A stretch of DNA of 47,507 bases, taken from assembly GCA_043759365.1 (NCBI GenBank), contig JAYVNB010000065.1, positions 1 to 47,507 of the forward strand, read 5' to 3'. The notes under the pieces are model-generated. The model made no database searches. It had not been told where the DNA came from and worked only from the letters and a program-made list of their open reading frames with translations. How positions within the stretch are numbered: position 1 is the first letter of the stretch; every line of letters starts with the position of its first letter. Positions 8,165 to 17,208 of this stretch are shown here, piece by piece. Origin of the DNA: Bacteriovoracaceae bacterium. GTDB taxonomy: Bacteria; Bdellovibrionota; UBA1018. The translations under genes and the position numbers were made by a program.

Positions 8165-11155
8165 TTACGCTCCTAGTTCTGGAGTGACCATCTCGATCGT
8201 GTAGGCCTCGATGATGTCGCCTGGCTTGAGGTCGTTGTAGTTCTCGAGTCCGATACCGCACTCGAAGCCCGTAGCCACTTCTTTGGCGTCGTCCTTGAAA
8301 CGGCGAAGCGAGGACATCTTGCCTTCGTAGATGATCCTCGACTCGCGCAGGAGTCGAACGTTGGCGCCCCGGATGATTTTGCCGTCGATGACCGACGAAC
8401 CTGCGACCATGCCGATTTTCGGCACGGAAAAGGTTTGGCGGACTTCGGCGCGACCCAGGAACTTCTCGACTTTTTTCTTGTCGAGCAACCCAACCATGGA
8501 CTTCTTGATGTCGTCGATGAGCTCGTAAATGATCGAGTAGCTCTTGATCTCGACGTGCGCAGCTTCAGCCGTTTGACGGGCTTTGGTCTCAGGACGCACG
8601 TTGAATCCAAGGATGATCGCACCCGATGCGGAAGCCAGGAGCACGTCGCTTTCGCTGATGCCGCCCGGAGCCGAGTAGATCACTTTAACTTTCACCTTCT
8701 CGGTCGAGCACTTGATCAAGGACTCGCGGATCGCCTCCGCAGAACCGAAAACGTCGGCCTTGAGGATGACGTTGAGCTCCTTGGCACCTGCTTGGACCTT
8801 CGCGAAAAGCTCCTCAAGGGAGGCGCCTCCTTTGGAGGACGTGGCCAGCGCGGTGGCGCGTGCGATGTCGATGCGGTTTTCAGCGATCTTGCGTGCCGCG
8901 GTGTCGTCTTCCGGAGAGTCGAACTTCTCGCCCGCCATTGGCAAGGCTTCAAAGCCGAGGACTTCGGCGGCGATGCCGGGAAGCACTTCTTTCACGCTGC
9001 GGCCCTTGTCGTCGTGAAGCGCTTTCACGCGTCCGACTTGGCGGCCGGAGACGATCGAGTCGCCGATGCGCAATGTACCGCGCTTGATGAGAACCGAAGT
9101 GACAGGGCCCCGGCCTTTTTCCATTCGGGCCTCGAGGATCGTGCCCGAAGCGCGAGCCTCGGGGTTGGCCTTGAGGTCCAGGACTTCGGCTTGGAGGAGT
9201 ACGGCTTCAAGAAGCTTGTCGAGACCCGTCTTCTTGATGGCCGAGACCGGCACGAACATCGTCTGTCCGCCCCACTCTTCGGCCAGAAGGTTGAGTTCCG
9301 AGAGCTGCTGCTTGATCTTCTCCGGATTGGCTTGGGGCTTGTCGATCTTGTTCATGGCCACGATGATGGGCACGCCCGCAGCTTGAGCATGGCTCAAAGC
9401 TTCGCGCGTCTGAGGCATCACGCCGTCGTCCGCCGCCACCACGAGGATGACAATGTCCGTGACGTTGGCGCCGCGGGCACGCATCGCAGTGAAAGCTTCG
9501 TGACCGGGGGTGTCCACGAAAGTGATGAGCTGTCCATTCTGCTCGACCGTGTAGGCGCCGATGTGCTGGGTGATTCCGCCTGCTTCTCCGCCCGCAACAT
9601 CCGCCTGACGGATGGCATCCAAGAGAGAGGTTTTGCCATGGTCGACGTGTCCCATGATCGTGACGATCGGAGGACGCGTCTGAAGGGCTTCAGCGGCATC
9701 CTTGGCGTCATCGAGGAACTCTTCTTCCTTGAAGGAGACGTTCCGGACTTCATACTGAAACTCAGTCCCGACCAAGGTGGCGGTGTCGAAGTCGATCGTC
9801 GAGTTGATGTTGACCATCTGGCCCATCTGCATGAGCTTGCGGACAACATCGATGCCCTTCACGCCCAGTTGGGCTGCGAAGTCCTGGATGGTGATCGCTG
9901 CGCCCATCTCCACGAAGCGTTTGGCGGCCTTCATCGTGGTTTTTTCCGTCCGCTTCAATTCTTTGCCGATTGGCATTCTCTTGCGCTTGGGAAGGAAAAC
10001 CATTTCCTTTTTGCGGTAATCCGCAAATCGGACGTCCTCAGGCTTGATTTCTGCCTCGCGACCGACACCCCGCTTTTTGGCAGCCTCTTCGGCCACCATT
10101 TCGTCGAGGCTTCCCTTGTCCATCTTAATGATGCGGAAACCGTCGCGATCCGGAGTTCCGGGAGTCGCAGCGCCCCGGGGAGTGATTTTCGGTCCTGTCG
10201 TGGTCGGAACGCTTCCGACCGGGCGGATCATCGGACGAGCGGGCGGAGCAGCCGGCTCGACGATTTTCAGAATGCTTCTACGAGGAGCGACCGGGCGGGG
10301 AGGAAGAACTACGGGTGCCCGGGTCTTGACTGCTGGACTCGTGGTTTCAGGGTTCGCCTGGCTCATCGATGTGGACGCTCCAAACTGAGATGCCATACCG
10401 TGGGCCGAAGTCCCAGCGCCATTCGCGTCAGCCGAAGCCGCGGATTGGAGCGAAGACTCTTCGGTTTCACCCGTCTCCGAGCCGAACGGTCCCGAGGTTT
10501 CGAGATCGGACGCTGAAGAGTCGTCTGCAGCATCCATCCCTTCTTCCTGCATTTCCTGGAATTCGGAGGGGGCCATCGACTCGCTGGCTTCCAGTTCGTC
10601 CGACTCCTGATCGATGCCCGCATAGGCGCCCCGGGTCGAAGAGTCGGTTGAAACCTCCGCGTGACGGATCAGTCCGGAGGTGGAAGAGGTCGTGGAAGCA
10701 GGGGCGTCTCCACCCGCTGATCCGCGGCGACGGATGATCGGCGTGGCCGATCGAGGAGCCTGCGCGGATTCGGGTTCTGCCATGGCCACTTTTTGGGCAG
10801 CGGTGGGCTTGGCGGTCAGCGGCTTCTGGGCCGCGGTCGAAGGGGGAGCTGTAATGCTCGCTCCCGCGGGAGCCGTTTCCACTTTCTTCCGGGTCCGAGC
10901 GCCTGGTTTTTTGGCTGTGCCACCCACTTCGGTCTTTTTACCGAGTGAAGCGCGCGCGATCTTGACCTCCTCAGGCCCCAGTTCGCTCATGTGACTCTTC
11001 ACTTTGATGTTCAAGCTATTGAGCTTGTCCACTAGGGCGAAGGACTCGAGTCCCAGCTCCTTGGCCAGCTCATAGACTTTAACGTTTTCCTGTTCAACCA
11101 TTCGGCTCATCTCCTGCTGCGTGACTCTTCGGGTCTCTTGGGATTCCGTGTTCAC
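8165..11155 (-). CDS. infB: Translation initiation factor IF-2
   Basis: 996 aa. GHVDHGKTSLLD, DTPGHEAF and NKID G-motifs, and a low-complexity Ala/Pro/Ser-rich N-terminal region. The GTG start overlaps the nusA stop (GTGA). Confidence 0.97.
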   Translation of the reverse strand: MNTESQETRRVTQQEMSRMVEQENVKVYELAKELGLESFALVDKLNSLNIKVKSHMSELGPEEVKIARASLGKKTEVGGTAKKPGARTRKKVETAPAGASITAPPSTAAQKPLTAKPTAAQKVAMAEPESAQAPRSATPIIRRRGSAGGDAPASTTSSTSGLIRHAEVSTDSSTRGAYAGIDQESDELEASESMAPSEFQEMQEEGMDAADDSSASDLETSGPFGSETGETEESSLQSAASADANGAGTSAHGMASQFGASTSMSQANPETTSPAVKTRAPVVLPPRPVAPRRSILKIVEPAAPPARPMIRPVGSVPTTTGPKITPRGAATPGTPDRDGFRIIKMDKGSLDEMVAEEAAKKRGVGREAEIKPEDVRFADYRKKEMVFLPKRKRMPIGKELKRTEKTTMKAAKRFVEMGAAITIQDFAAQLGVKGIDVVRKLMQMGQMVNINSTIDFDTATLVGTEFQYEVRNVSFKEEEFLDDAKDAAEALQTRPPIVTIMGHVDHGKTSLLDAIRQADVAGGEAGGITQHIGAYTVEQNGQLITFVDTPGHEAFTAMRARGANVTDIVILVVAADDGVMPQTREALSHAQAAGVPIIVAMNKIDKPQANPEKIKQQLSELNLLAEEWGGQTMFVPVSAIKKTGLDKLLEAVLLQAEVLDLKANPEARASGTILEARMEKGRGPVTSVLIKRGTLRIGDSIVSGRQVGRVKALHDDKGRSVKEVLPGIAAEVLGFEALPMAGEKFDSPEDDTAARKIAENRIDIARATALATSSKGGASLEELFAKVQAGAKELNVILKADVFGSAEAIRESLIKCSTEKVKVKVIYSAPGGISESDVLLASASGAIILGFNVRPETKARQTAEAAHVEIKSYSIIYELIDDIKKSMVGLLDKKKVEKFLGRAEVRQTFSVPKIGMVAGSSVIDGKIIRGANVRLLRESRIIYEGKMSSLRRFKDDAKEVATGFECGIGLENYNDLKPGDIIEAYTIEMVTPELGA

Positions 11156-12573
11156 GATTTATCTTCAGTATCTTTCTTGTCGGAGGGCGCGGCGGCCGCT
11201 TGGCGCATCATTTCGCGCAAACGTTGTTCCGCCTGGGACTTGGCATCCATCATCGGGCTCGCCGTGAAAGACCCTTTGCCATCGTCGATGCTTTTCGGGG
11301 TGGCCGGCGAGATCACGTCCCCTGCCTTCTCGACCACTTGGGCTGCGCGGTCCTTCAGGCTTTTCGCCGTTTCCTCGGTGTCGTAGCCGGGGACCTTCAT
11401 CAAGCTTTCAAGAGGCGCTTCGGCGACTTGACGCACGTTCATGTAGCCGGCCTGGTAAATGGCCTGGGCCAAGGTCTCGTTCACTCCATCGATGTGCTGG
11501 AGGTTGAAAGTGGCATCGGAAGTGCGCTTGGAGAGTTTCGACTTCGAGATGATGTCGAGGCGCCATCCCGTAAGTTGTGCGGCCAACCGGACGTTCTGGC
11601 CTTTACGGCCGATCGCCAACGAGAGTTGATCGTCCTCGACCATGATCTCCATGGTCTTGTTGCGCTCGTCGACTCGCACCGAGCTGATCTCGGCGGGAGC
11701 CAAAGCGGAACGGACGAAAATGACTGGATTGTCGGACCAGGGGATGATGTCGATCTTCTCGCCCTTCAGTTCCTGGATGACGTTCTGGACGCGGATGCCT
11801 TTCATGCCGACGCAAGCGCCGACGGGATCCACATCGCGGTCGTTGGAGATCACGGCGATCTTGGCACGGGCACCCGGCTCGCGGACGCAATGCTTGATCT
11901 CGACGATCTCTTCGCGAATCTCGGGGACTTCCACTTCAAACAACTTCATCAGGTAGCGCGGACTAGTGCGCGACAAGTAGAGTTGAGGTCCACGGGTCGA
12001 GAGCGCCACGTCCGACAGGTAGGCCTGGACGCGATCGCCGGGGCGGAACTGCTCGTTCGGGATGATCTCCTGGCGAGGAAGGAGGGCGTCCGTCTTGCCC
12101 AAGTCGATCACCAGGTTGCCACGCTCGATGCGGCGGGCAATGCCTGTGATGATCTCGCCTTTGCGGTGGATGTATTCGTTGTAGATGATCTCGCGCTCGG
12201 CATCGCGGACCTTCTGGAAGATGACTTGTTTAGCAGTCTGGGCGTCGATCCGACCGAAGGAGGGAGCATCGACTTTGATGCCGATCTCGTCGCCGATCTG
12301 GGCTTCGGGGTCGAGCTTGTGGGCGTCCGCGATGTCGATTTCCTCGGACTCCTCGAGCATCTCGGGTTCGCTCTCGACCACTTTTTTGAAAAGAAAAAGG
12401 TCGATTTCGCCAGAGTCGTTGTTGTAGTGGGCTTCAAGGATGGCGGTGGCGCCGTACTTTTTTTGCGCGGCCATCAGCACGGCCTGCTCAAGGGCGCTAA
12501 TGATGATTTCGCGTTTGATCCCGCGGTCTTTTCCAACAGATTCGATGACACGGGTGAGTTCGGAAGCGTTCAT
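11152..12573 (-). CDS. nusA: Transcription termination/antitermination factor NusA
   Basis: 473 aa. N-terminal MNASELTRVIESVGKDRGIKREIIISALEQAV, followed by S1 and two KH domains (IGRKGQNVRLAAQLTGWRLDI). Conserved operon context. Confidence 0.97.
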   Translation of the reverse strand: MNASELTRVIESVGKDRGIKREIIISALEQAVLMAAQKKYGATAILEAHYNNDSGEIDLFLFKKVVESEPEMLEESEEIDIADAHKLDPEAQIGDEIGIKVDAPSFGRIDAQTAKQVIFQKVRDAEREIIYNEYIHRKGEIITGIARRIERGNLVIDLGKTDALLPRQEIIPNEQFRPGDRVQAYLSDVALSTRGPQLYLSRTSPRYLMKLFEVEVPEIREEIVEIKHCVREPGARAKIAVISNDRDVDPVGACVGMKGIRVQNVIQELKGEKIDIIPWSDNPVIFVRSALAPAEISSVRVDERNKTMEIMVEDDQLSLAIGRKGQNVRLAAQLTGWRLDIISKSKLSKRTSDATFNLQHIDGVNETLAQAIYQAGYMNVRQVAEAPLESLMKVPGYDTEETAKSLKDRAAQVVEKAGDVISPATPKSIDDGKGSFTASPMMDAKSQAEQRLREMMRQAAAAPSDKKDTEDKS

Positions 12574-12583
12574 AGCCTACTCC

Positions 12584-13252
12584 TTATTTGTCGCCAAAGT
12601 CGAACTCGGGTTCGATGTTGGCCTTCGATATGAGGGGCAGAGGGATCGTGATCTCTGCCGCGCTGTTTGTAGCGGGTGTCGGCGCCTTCCCAGTGGAAGA
12701 GTGGGGCGCCTTGCCCTTTTTCCCGGTTGCTTTGCCGTCCAGCGGCACTAGGGAGAGACGGACCTTGCCGTCTCGAAACCCTTCAAGCTTTCCGAGGAAA
12801 TTCTTTTGTTTCGGGTTTTTCGCCAAATAGAGGGCGTTGGCGATCTCGCCTTCGTTCAAGGGACGGAAAGTATGGATCCGCACCTGGCGACCGGCAAAGC
12901 GGTCGAAGTCGTTTTCGGTACGAAGCGGGCGGTCCACTCCCGGCGAGGAGACTTCCAGGTCATAAGCACCCTGAAAAAGGGAGTCAATCTCGGAGATTTG
13001 ATCGAGCGGCTCATCCAGGGCTTTGGTCGCTTTCACGCAGTCCTCAACCCCGATGGTCCCTTCGGTGGAGGCGCTGCCCATGTGGTCGATGAAGACGCGG
13101 AGTACTTTTTGACGGGCGGTCTGAACCTCGACGTGCACGACTTCATAACCCAACGGCTGAAGCAACGGCTGAACCAGTCCGATCAAGCGGGCTTGGGTCT
13201 GCTGCGGAGCTGCAGGGGGGGTGTCGGTAGTGGTGGCTTCGTTCGTCGTCAT
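12584..13252 (-). CDS. rimP: Ribosome maturation factor RimP
   Basis: The track ORF 12584..13402 is trimmed to the internal ATG at 13250-13252 (MTTNEATT...). LIGLVQPLLQPLGYEVVHVEVQ and AYDLEVSSPGVDRPL are RimP hallmarks. The upstream 50 codons are AT-rich and Lys-rich and look like leader sequence. Confidence 0.85.
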   Translation of the reverse strand: MTTNEATTTDTPPAAPQQTQARLIGLVQPLLQPLGYEVVHVEVQTARQKVLRVFIDHMGSASTEGTIGVEDCVKATKALDEPLDQISEIDSLFQGAYDLEVSSPGVDRPLRTENDFDRFAGRQVRIHTFRPLNEGEIANALYLAKNPKQKNFLGKLEGFRDGKVRLSLVPLDGKATGKKGKAPHSSTGKAPTPATNSAAEITIPLPLISKANIEPEFDFGDK

Positions 13253-13400
13253 GAGTTGCTTCAAATTCTTCAACTTCTTCTTCAGGTTCAAGTCAGTTTT
13301 AGGATGTTCTGAATTCTTTTCGATCCACTCTTCTTTAGCGAACTGAGCGGCGGTTTCAAGCACCCAGTTTTTCACACGCTTTCCTTGTCCTGGAACGCGC

Positions 13401-13427
13401 AAAAAAAAAGCGGGCTGGATGGCCCAC
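13401..13427 (-). terminator. Intrinsic-terminator-like hairpin plus U9 in the rimP-nusA leader (candidate attenuator).
   Basis: On the - strand: GUGGGC-CAUCCA-GCCCGC (6-bp stem including one G-U) followed directly by nine U (A-run 13401-13409 on the + strand). It lies about 150 nt upstream of the rimP ATG, with no upstream - strand gene that it could terminate. Confidence 0.45.
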
Positions 13428-13579
13428 TTTTCAGCGACCTTAAAGATTTCAAATCCTTAACATGGACGCGCTTCGTCCAGCAACCCCTCCTTCATAAAAA
13501 CAGCCGCCTGTTTCAAGGGGTTTTTGCAAACAGCTAAATCCTTTTCGAACCAAGAACTTGACAGTACCCGGGAGGGCTG

Positions 13580-14425
13580 TTGCACACTTTACGGATGGTC
13601 TTTCGACATCCCCTCAGCCGGCCCTCCCTCCTTCTGTTGCTCGGGCTGGGAGGACTTTCGGCCTTAGGGGGGGGCGCCGCCGTGGCCTCCGAGTCCCTGC
13701 TTTCGACTCGGTACAAGACCCCGGAGTCGCTCCAGGCGATGGATCTGAAAAGCTGGAGCTTAGGGGAGCTTCAGAAGTTGAAGCAGGGGACTTCGCGCGA
13801 AAGAGATCCGATCACCGGAGAAATCGTGCGCTGGAAAGGCGTTCTCCTGTCGGACGTGGTGGAGCAGGCCCTGAAGGACCTGCCCGCCAAGGTCCGGGCG
13901 GACATCGATCTTCTGGTCTTGAAGAGCACTTCCGGGGGGCAGGCGCTTATTCCGCGCGCTTTCGTCGTCAAATACCCCATCCTGCTCGCATTCAGCCGGG
14001 AAGAAAAACCGTTGGGCGATCGCACTCCCTACTCGGTGATGCCCTGGACTTCAAAGAACAAGATTCAAGGGGAAGGGGCTCCGCTCGAGGCGTTTTTCCT
14101 CCCGCAGGTGACCCAGATCGAGTTCACCAACTCCAAGGACCGCTTTAGCCGGTTCCAGCTCAAGCGCAGGACCGATCCGGCCGCGATGCGGGGGGAGAAG
14201 TACTTCGTCCAGAACTGCGTCAGCTGTCACGACACCGGTCATGCTCCCTCGATCTCCGATCTTTCGGTGGAAACGAAGACCCGCAGCTTGGCCTCGGTCG
14301 GGCATCCCGCGGTCAAGGGCTCACCGAAACTCGACGCGAGTTCGAAGCGTTACCTCTCGGCCTACCTCGATGCCTTCCGTTCGGAGAACGGCGCCCCGAT
14401 TTCGGCGCCTACCGCTCAAAAGTAG
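13580..14425 (+). CDS. Exported protein with a molybdopterin-oxidoreductase-like (YedY/sulfite-oxidase fold) N-domain fused to a mono-haem c-type cytochrome domain.
   Basis: Signal peptide RPSLLLLLGLGGLSALGGGAAVA. VRWKGVLLSDVV...ILLAFSREEKPLGDRTPYSVMPW...VTQIEFTN resembles the Oxidored_molyb domain. C-terminal QNCVSCHDTGH contains CxxCH. The start is ambiguous (TTG 13580 or ATG 13595). Confidence 0.7.
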   Translation: MHTLRMVFRHPLSRPSLLLLLGLGGLSALGGGAAVASESLLSTRYKTPESLQAMDLKSWSLGELQKLKQGTSRERDPITGEIVRWKGVLLSDVVEQALKDLPAKVRADIDLLVLKSTSGGQALIPRAFVVKYPILLAFSREEKPLGDRTPYSVMPWTSKNKIQGEGAPLEAFFLPQVTQIEFTNSKDRFSRFQLKRRTDPAAMRGEKYFVQNCVSCHDTGHAPSISDLSVETKTRSLASVGHPAVKGSPKLDASSKRYLSAYLDAFRSENGAPISAPTAQK

Positions 14426-14472
14426 GCGAGCTAGCGGTTGTCGCTCACGCCGAAAGCCTGTAAACCCTCCCT

Positions 14473-15984
14473 ATGACCCTCGATCGGCCTGTCCGTACCC
14501 GTTACGCTCCCAGTCCCACTGGAAACCTCCACATCGGAGGAGTGCGCACTGCGCTTTACAGCTGGCTCTACGCCCGTCATTTTAACGGCCAGTTCCTGCT
14601 TCGGATCGAGGATACGGACTTGGAGCGCTCCGAGGAGCGATTTACGCAAGATATCTACACTTCGATGAAGTGGTTGGGACTGAGCTGGGACGAAGAACCC
14701 CTCTATCAGAGCAAAAGGATGGATCTGTACCTGGCCAAGGCCAAGGAATTGATCGAACGGGGCCATGCCTACTGGTGCACTTGCACTGAAGGCGACGTCG
14801 AGAAAATGCGCGAAGTTCAAATCGCGAAGGGTCTCAAGCCGATGTACGACCGGCGCTGCCGGGACAAGAAGCTTCCTCAGCCCAAGCTCGGCGAGAACGG
14901 TGTGGTTCGACTGAAGGTTCCGCTCGACGGGCATACGGAGTTCGAGGACCTGATCCGGGGGCCCATCCGGGTCGAGAACGTTGAAGTCGACGATTTCGTC
15001 CTGATCCGCTCGAACGGGGCTCCGACCTACAACATGTCCTGTGTGGTGGATGATGTCGCCCAAGGCATGTCGCACGTCATCCGCGGTGACGATCACATCA
15101 ATAACACCCCGAAACAGATCCACCTCTACGAGTTCTTCGGTTACGAGCAGCCGCGGTTCGCACACCTCCCGATGGTGCTTGGTCCCGACAAAAAGAAGCT
15201 CTCGAAACGCAATGGCGAGGTTTCTACCAATTCCTATCGTGCGGAAGGATTCCTTCCTGAAGCGATGCTCAACTTCCTGGCGCGCCTGGGTTGGAGTCAT
15301 GGCGATCAGGAAGTGTTCTCGCTCCAAGAGTTGACGCAGTTTTTCGGCTTTGACCACGTCCAGAAGGCCTCGGGAGTGTTCAATCCGGAAAAGCTTCTCT
15401 GGCTGGGGGGCGAACACATTCGCCGCACCACTCCTGAGCGTTTGGCGGACATCGTGGTCGAGGACTTCGGGTCACGCTTCCAGCCGCCCACCCGATTGGA
15501 CCGGGTGAAGAGCCCGATCGGGCTGCAATTGATCGCTCTCCTCCAGCCAAAAGTGAAACGGGTCCAAGAGCTCGCTGAGCAATTGATCCCGCTTCTCACG
15601 CCGGGTCCAGTGACTGTTGATGCTTCGAGTTTGAAGTGGATCAAGGACGCGAGTCTGAAGTCAGCAACCCAAGCCGCTGTGAGCCAGGCTTTGATCGAGT
15701 TCAGGAAACGTCTCGAAGGCGCGAAAGCTTCGCCCTCGCGTTTGGGTGCTGACTCCGTGTGGGGAAGTTCACCGAGCCTGGGAGACGCGGGAATGTCCCA
15801 TGCGGACATCGACGCCTCTCTGCGGCAGCTCGGTGAGCAACACGGGATTAAGCTCGGCGACTTGGTTCAGCCGATGCGTCTGTGCGTCCTTGGCCAAAGC
15901 GCGGGAGCCAGTGTTTTCGAGCTCCTCGCGATTTTGCCTTGGGACTTGGTTGAGCCGCGGTTGAAGCAGGTATTGTCACTCTAG
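14473..15984 (+). CDS. gltX: Glutamate--tRNA ligase
   Basis: 503 aa. HIGH-type motif APSPTGNLHIGGVRTAL and KMSKS-type motif KLSKRNG. Confidence 0.95.
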   Translation: MTLDRPVRTRYAPSPTGNLHIGGVRTALYSWLYARHFNGQFLLRIEDTDLERSEERFTQDIYTSMKWLGLSWDEEPLYQSKRMDLYLAKAKELIERGHAYWCTCTEGDVEKMREVQIAKGLKPMYDRRCRDKKLPQPKLGENGVVRLKVPLDGHTEFEDLIRGPIRVENVEVDDFVLIRSNGAPTYNMSCVVDDVAQGMSHVIRGDDHINNTPKQIHLYEFFGYEQPRFAHLPMVLGPDKKKLSKRNGEVSTNSYRAEGFLPEAMLNFLARLGWSHGDQEVFSLQELTQFFGFDHVQKASGVFNPEKLLWLGGEHIRRTTPERLADIVVEDFGSRFQPPTRLDRVKSPIGLQLIALLQPKVKRVQELAEQLIPLLTPGPVTVDASSLKWIKDASLKSATQAAVSQALIEFRKRLEGAKASPSRLGADSVWGSSPSLGDAGMSHADIDASLRQLGEQHGIKLGDLVQPMRLCVLGQSAGASVFELLAILPWDLVEPRLKQVLSL

Positions 15985-16727
15985 TTAGTCCTTCTCCCGC
16001 TATTTCGGTCATCCGGGCTCATGCTTGGACTCGGAGTGGGATAGGGCGGGTAAGGAGTCGAAGAAGTGCTCGGCTGTGGCATCGGCTCGTAGGGGTCGTC
16101 GCCGCAATGGGGAGGCCGGCTCTGTTGCGCGCTGGGCGGTGGGCAAGGCTTTTGGGGCGGCTTCGGCATCGGTACAGGCTTATAGGTCGGCTGAGGTTCG
16201 GGTTTGCAGTCCTTCGGATCTTTCTTGGCGCAAACAGGAGGGAGCGTTGGGTTTTGAGCTGGGTACTGTCCCGGATCAGTTCCTGGATCTTGGCCGTGGG
16301 TGGGGTAGGGATTCAGGCTATGCGACGAGCGGAGGTGGGGCTCGATCACCCAAACTTCGCCGGCTTCACCATGAAGCTTGCAGTGGTATTTGTAGTGCCC
16401 GGCTTTTGTGAAGACGTGGCCAAAGCTCGCCCCCGGGGCAAGCTGGCCAGAATCGAAATCGCCTGCCTCTGAAGTGATCGTGTGCTCGCGGGTATCCCCG
16501 TTTTGCCAAGTGGCCGTCTCTCCTGCTTCGATGCGAGGAGGCGTTGCTCCGGTTTCGAGCGAAGCGAAGTCCGAGGGCGGCTCGATGCGAATCGGAGGAC
16601 GTGCAACATTGCGCTGAAGCGAGGTGTTTGAGCTGGTTTCAGTACCGCAAGAACTCAATGCGAGGTTCAGTGCCAGGAGCAAGAAGCAACGGGACGCGGC
16701 TAACGCGGTTATGCGCTGGGTGGTCAT
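15981..16727 (-). CDS. Cupredoxin (plastocyanin/azurin-like) lipoprotein with a long Pro-rich, Cys-containing C-terminal tail.
   Basis: The track ORF is trimmed to ATG 16725-16727 (MTTQRITALAASRCFLLLALNLALSSCG, with a lipobox). EHTITS...HYKYHCKLHGEAGEVWV matches the type-1 copper H...C-x2-H pattern. The tail is PTLPPVCAKKDPKDCKPEPQPTYKPVPMPKPPQKPCPPP... The stop overlaps the gltX stop on a shared CTAG. Confidence 0.75.
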   Translation of the reverse strand: MTTQRITALAASRCFLLLALNLALSSCGTETSSNTSLQRNVARPPIRIEPPSDFASLETGATPPRIEAGETATWQNGDTREHTITSEAGDFDSGQLAPGASFGHVFTKAGHYKYHCKLHGEAGEVWVIEPHLRSSHSLNPYPTHGQDPGTDPGQYPAQNPTLPPVCAKKDPKDCKPEPQPTYKPVPMPKPPQKPCPPPSAQQSRPPHCGDDPYEPMPQPSTSSTPYPPYPTPSPSMSPDDRNSGRRTN

Positions 16728-17208
16728 CAAGAATCTCCCCCAAGTCGGTTGGCAAAACTTTCGGTTCGTCCGAAACCTTTGCGAAAGGCGTTCCAGGCAG
16801 CTCCGCGAGTTCTTGAGCAGCGCGGCCCTTGCGTTGCAATGAGTGCGTAGAGGTTTCAAAGAAGTCGAGCATCCAAGGAGGCTTTCGTGCCGCAATGGAA
16901 CCAGATCAGAAAAAAAAGTTGGGTGATCGGGGTCGCTCGTGCAGCAGCCGTGGGTTCGGCCCTCTACTTTTGGAGACGTTGGAGATCCATGCCGACTCTC
17001 CCGTTAGGCGCGGCAACCACTGGGTACCCTTCTGCTTCGAGCACTTGGCTCACCATTCAAGCTTACTTCCGGTTAAAGACGATTCGCAGTTCCGATCCAC
17101 GCAACCCCGGAAAGACTGACAAGGTGTATTTGTTCCGAAATCTTAAAATGCGCTTGTCACCCCGCGCTGGCTGGGTCAATCAAAGCCAGAATTCGAGGAG
17201 GTTTGAAG

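Noticed and set aside
8435-10516. Very long antisense ORFs opposite well-identified genes. The 693-aa ORF here lies opposite infB. Others are 1486-2649 opposite hflX, 2951-4114, 11200-12633 opposite nusA, 14431-15417 opposite gltX, 19907-21628 opposite metG, 28964-29998, 40405-41250 and 41721-42653 opposite selU/selD.
   Set aside because: Their translations are Arg/Gly/Asp/His-rich, low-complexity and carry no motifs. The opposite-strand proteins carry unambiguous family signatures. Long stop-free shadow frames are expected in GC-rich coding DNA.
13253-13402. N-terminal extensions offered by the ORF track. This is the rimP case; the same issue applies to 549-623, 16728-16895, 24061-24159, 37016-37162, 39426-39473, 40570-40692 and 46191-46277.
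   Set aside because: In each case an internal start gives a canonical N-terminus (a signal peptide, a lipobox, or alignment to the known family start), often with a Shine-Dalgarno motif. The extensions are atypical in composition.
13556-13561. Consensus TTGACA hexamer upstream of the cytochrome gene.
   Set aside because: There is no acceptable -10 element 16-19 nt downstream, and it sits only about 20 nt from the candidate start codons. I cannot support it as a promoter.
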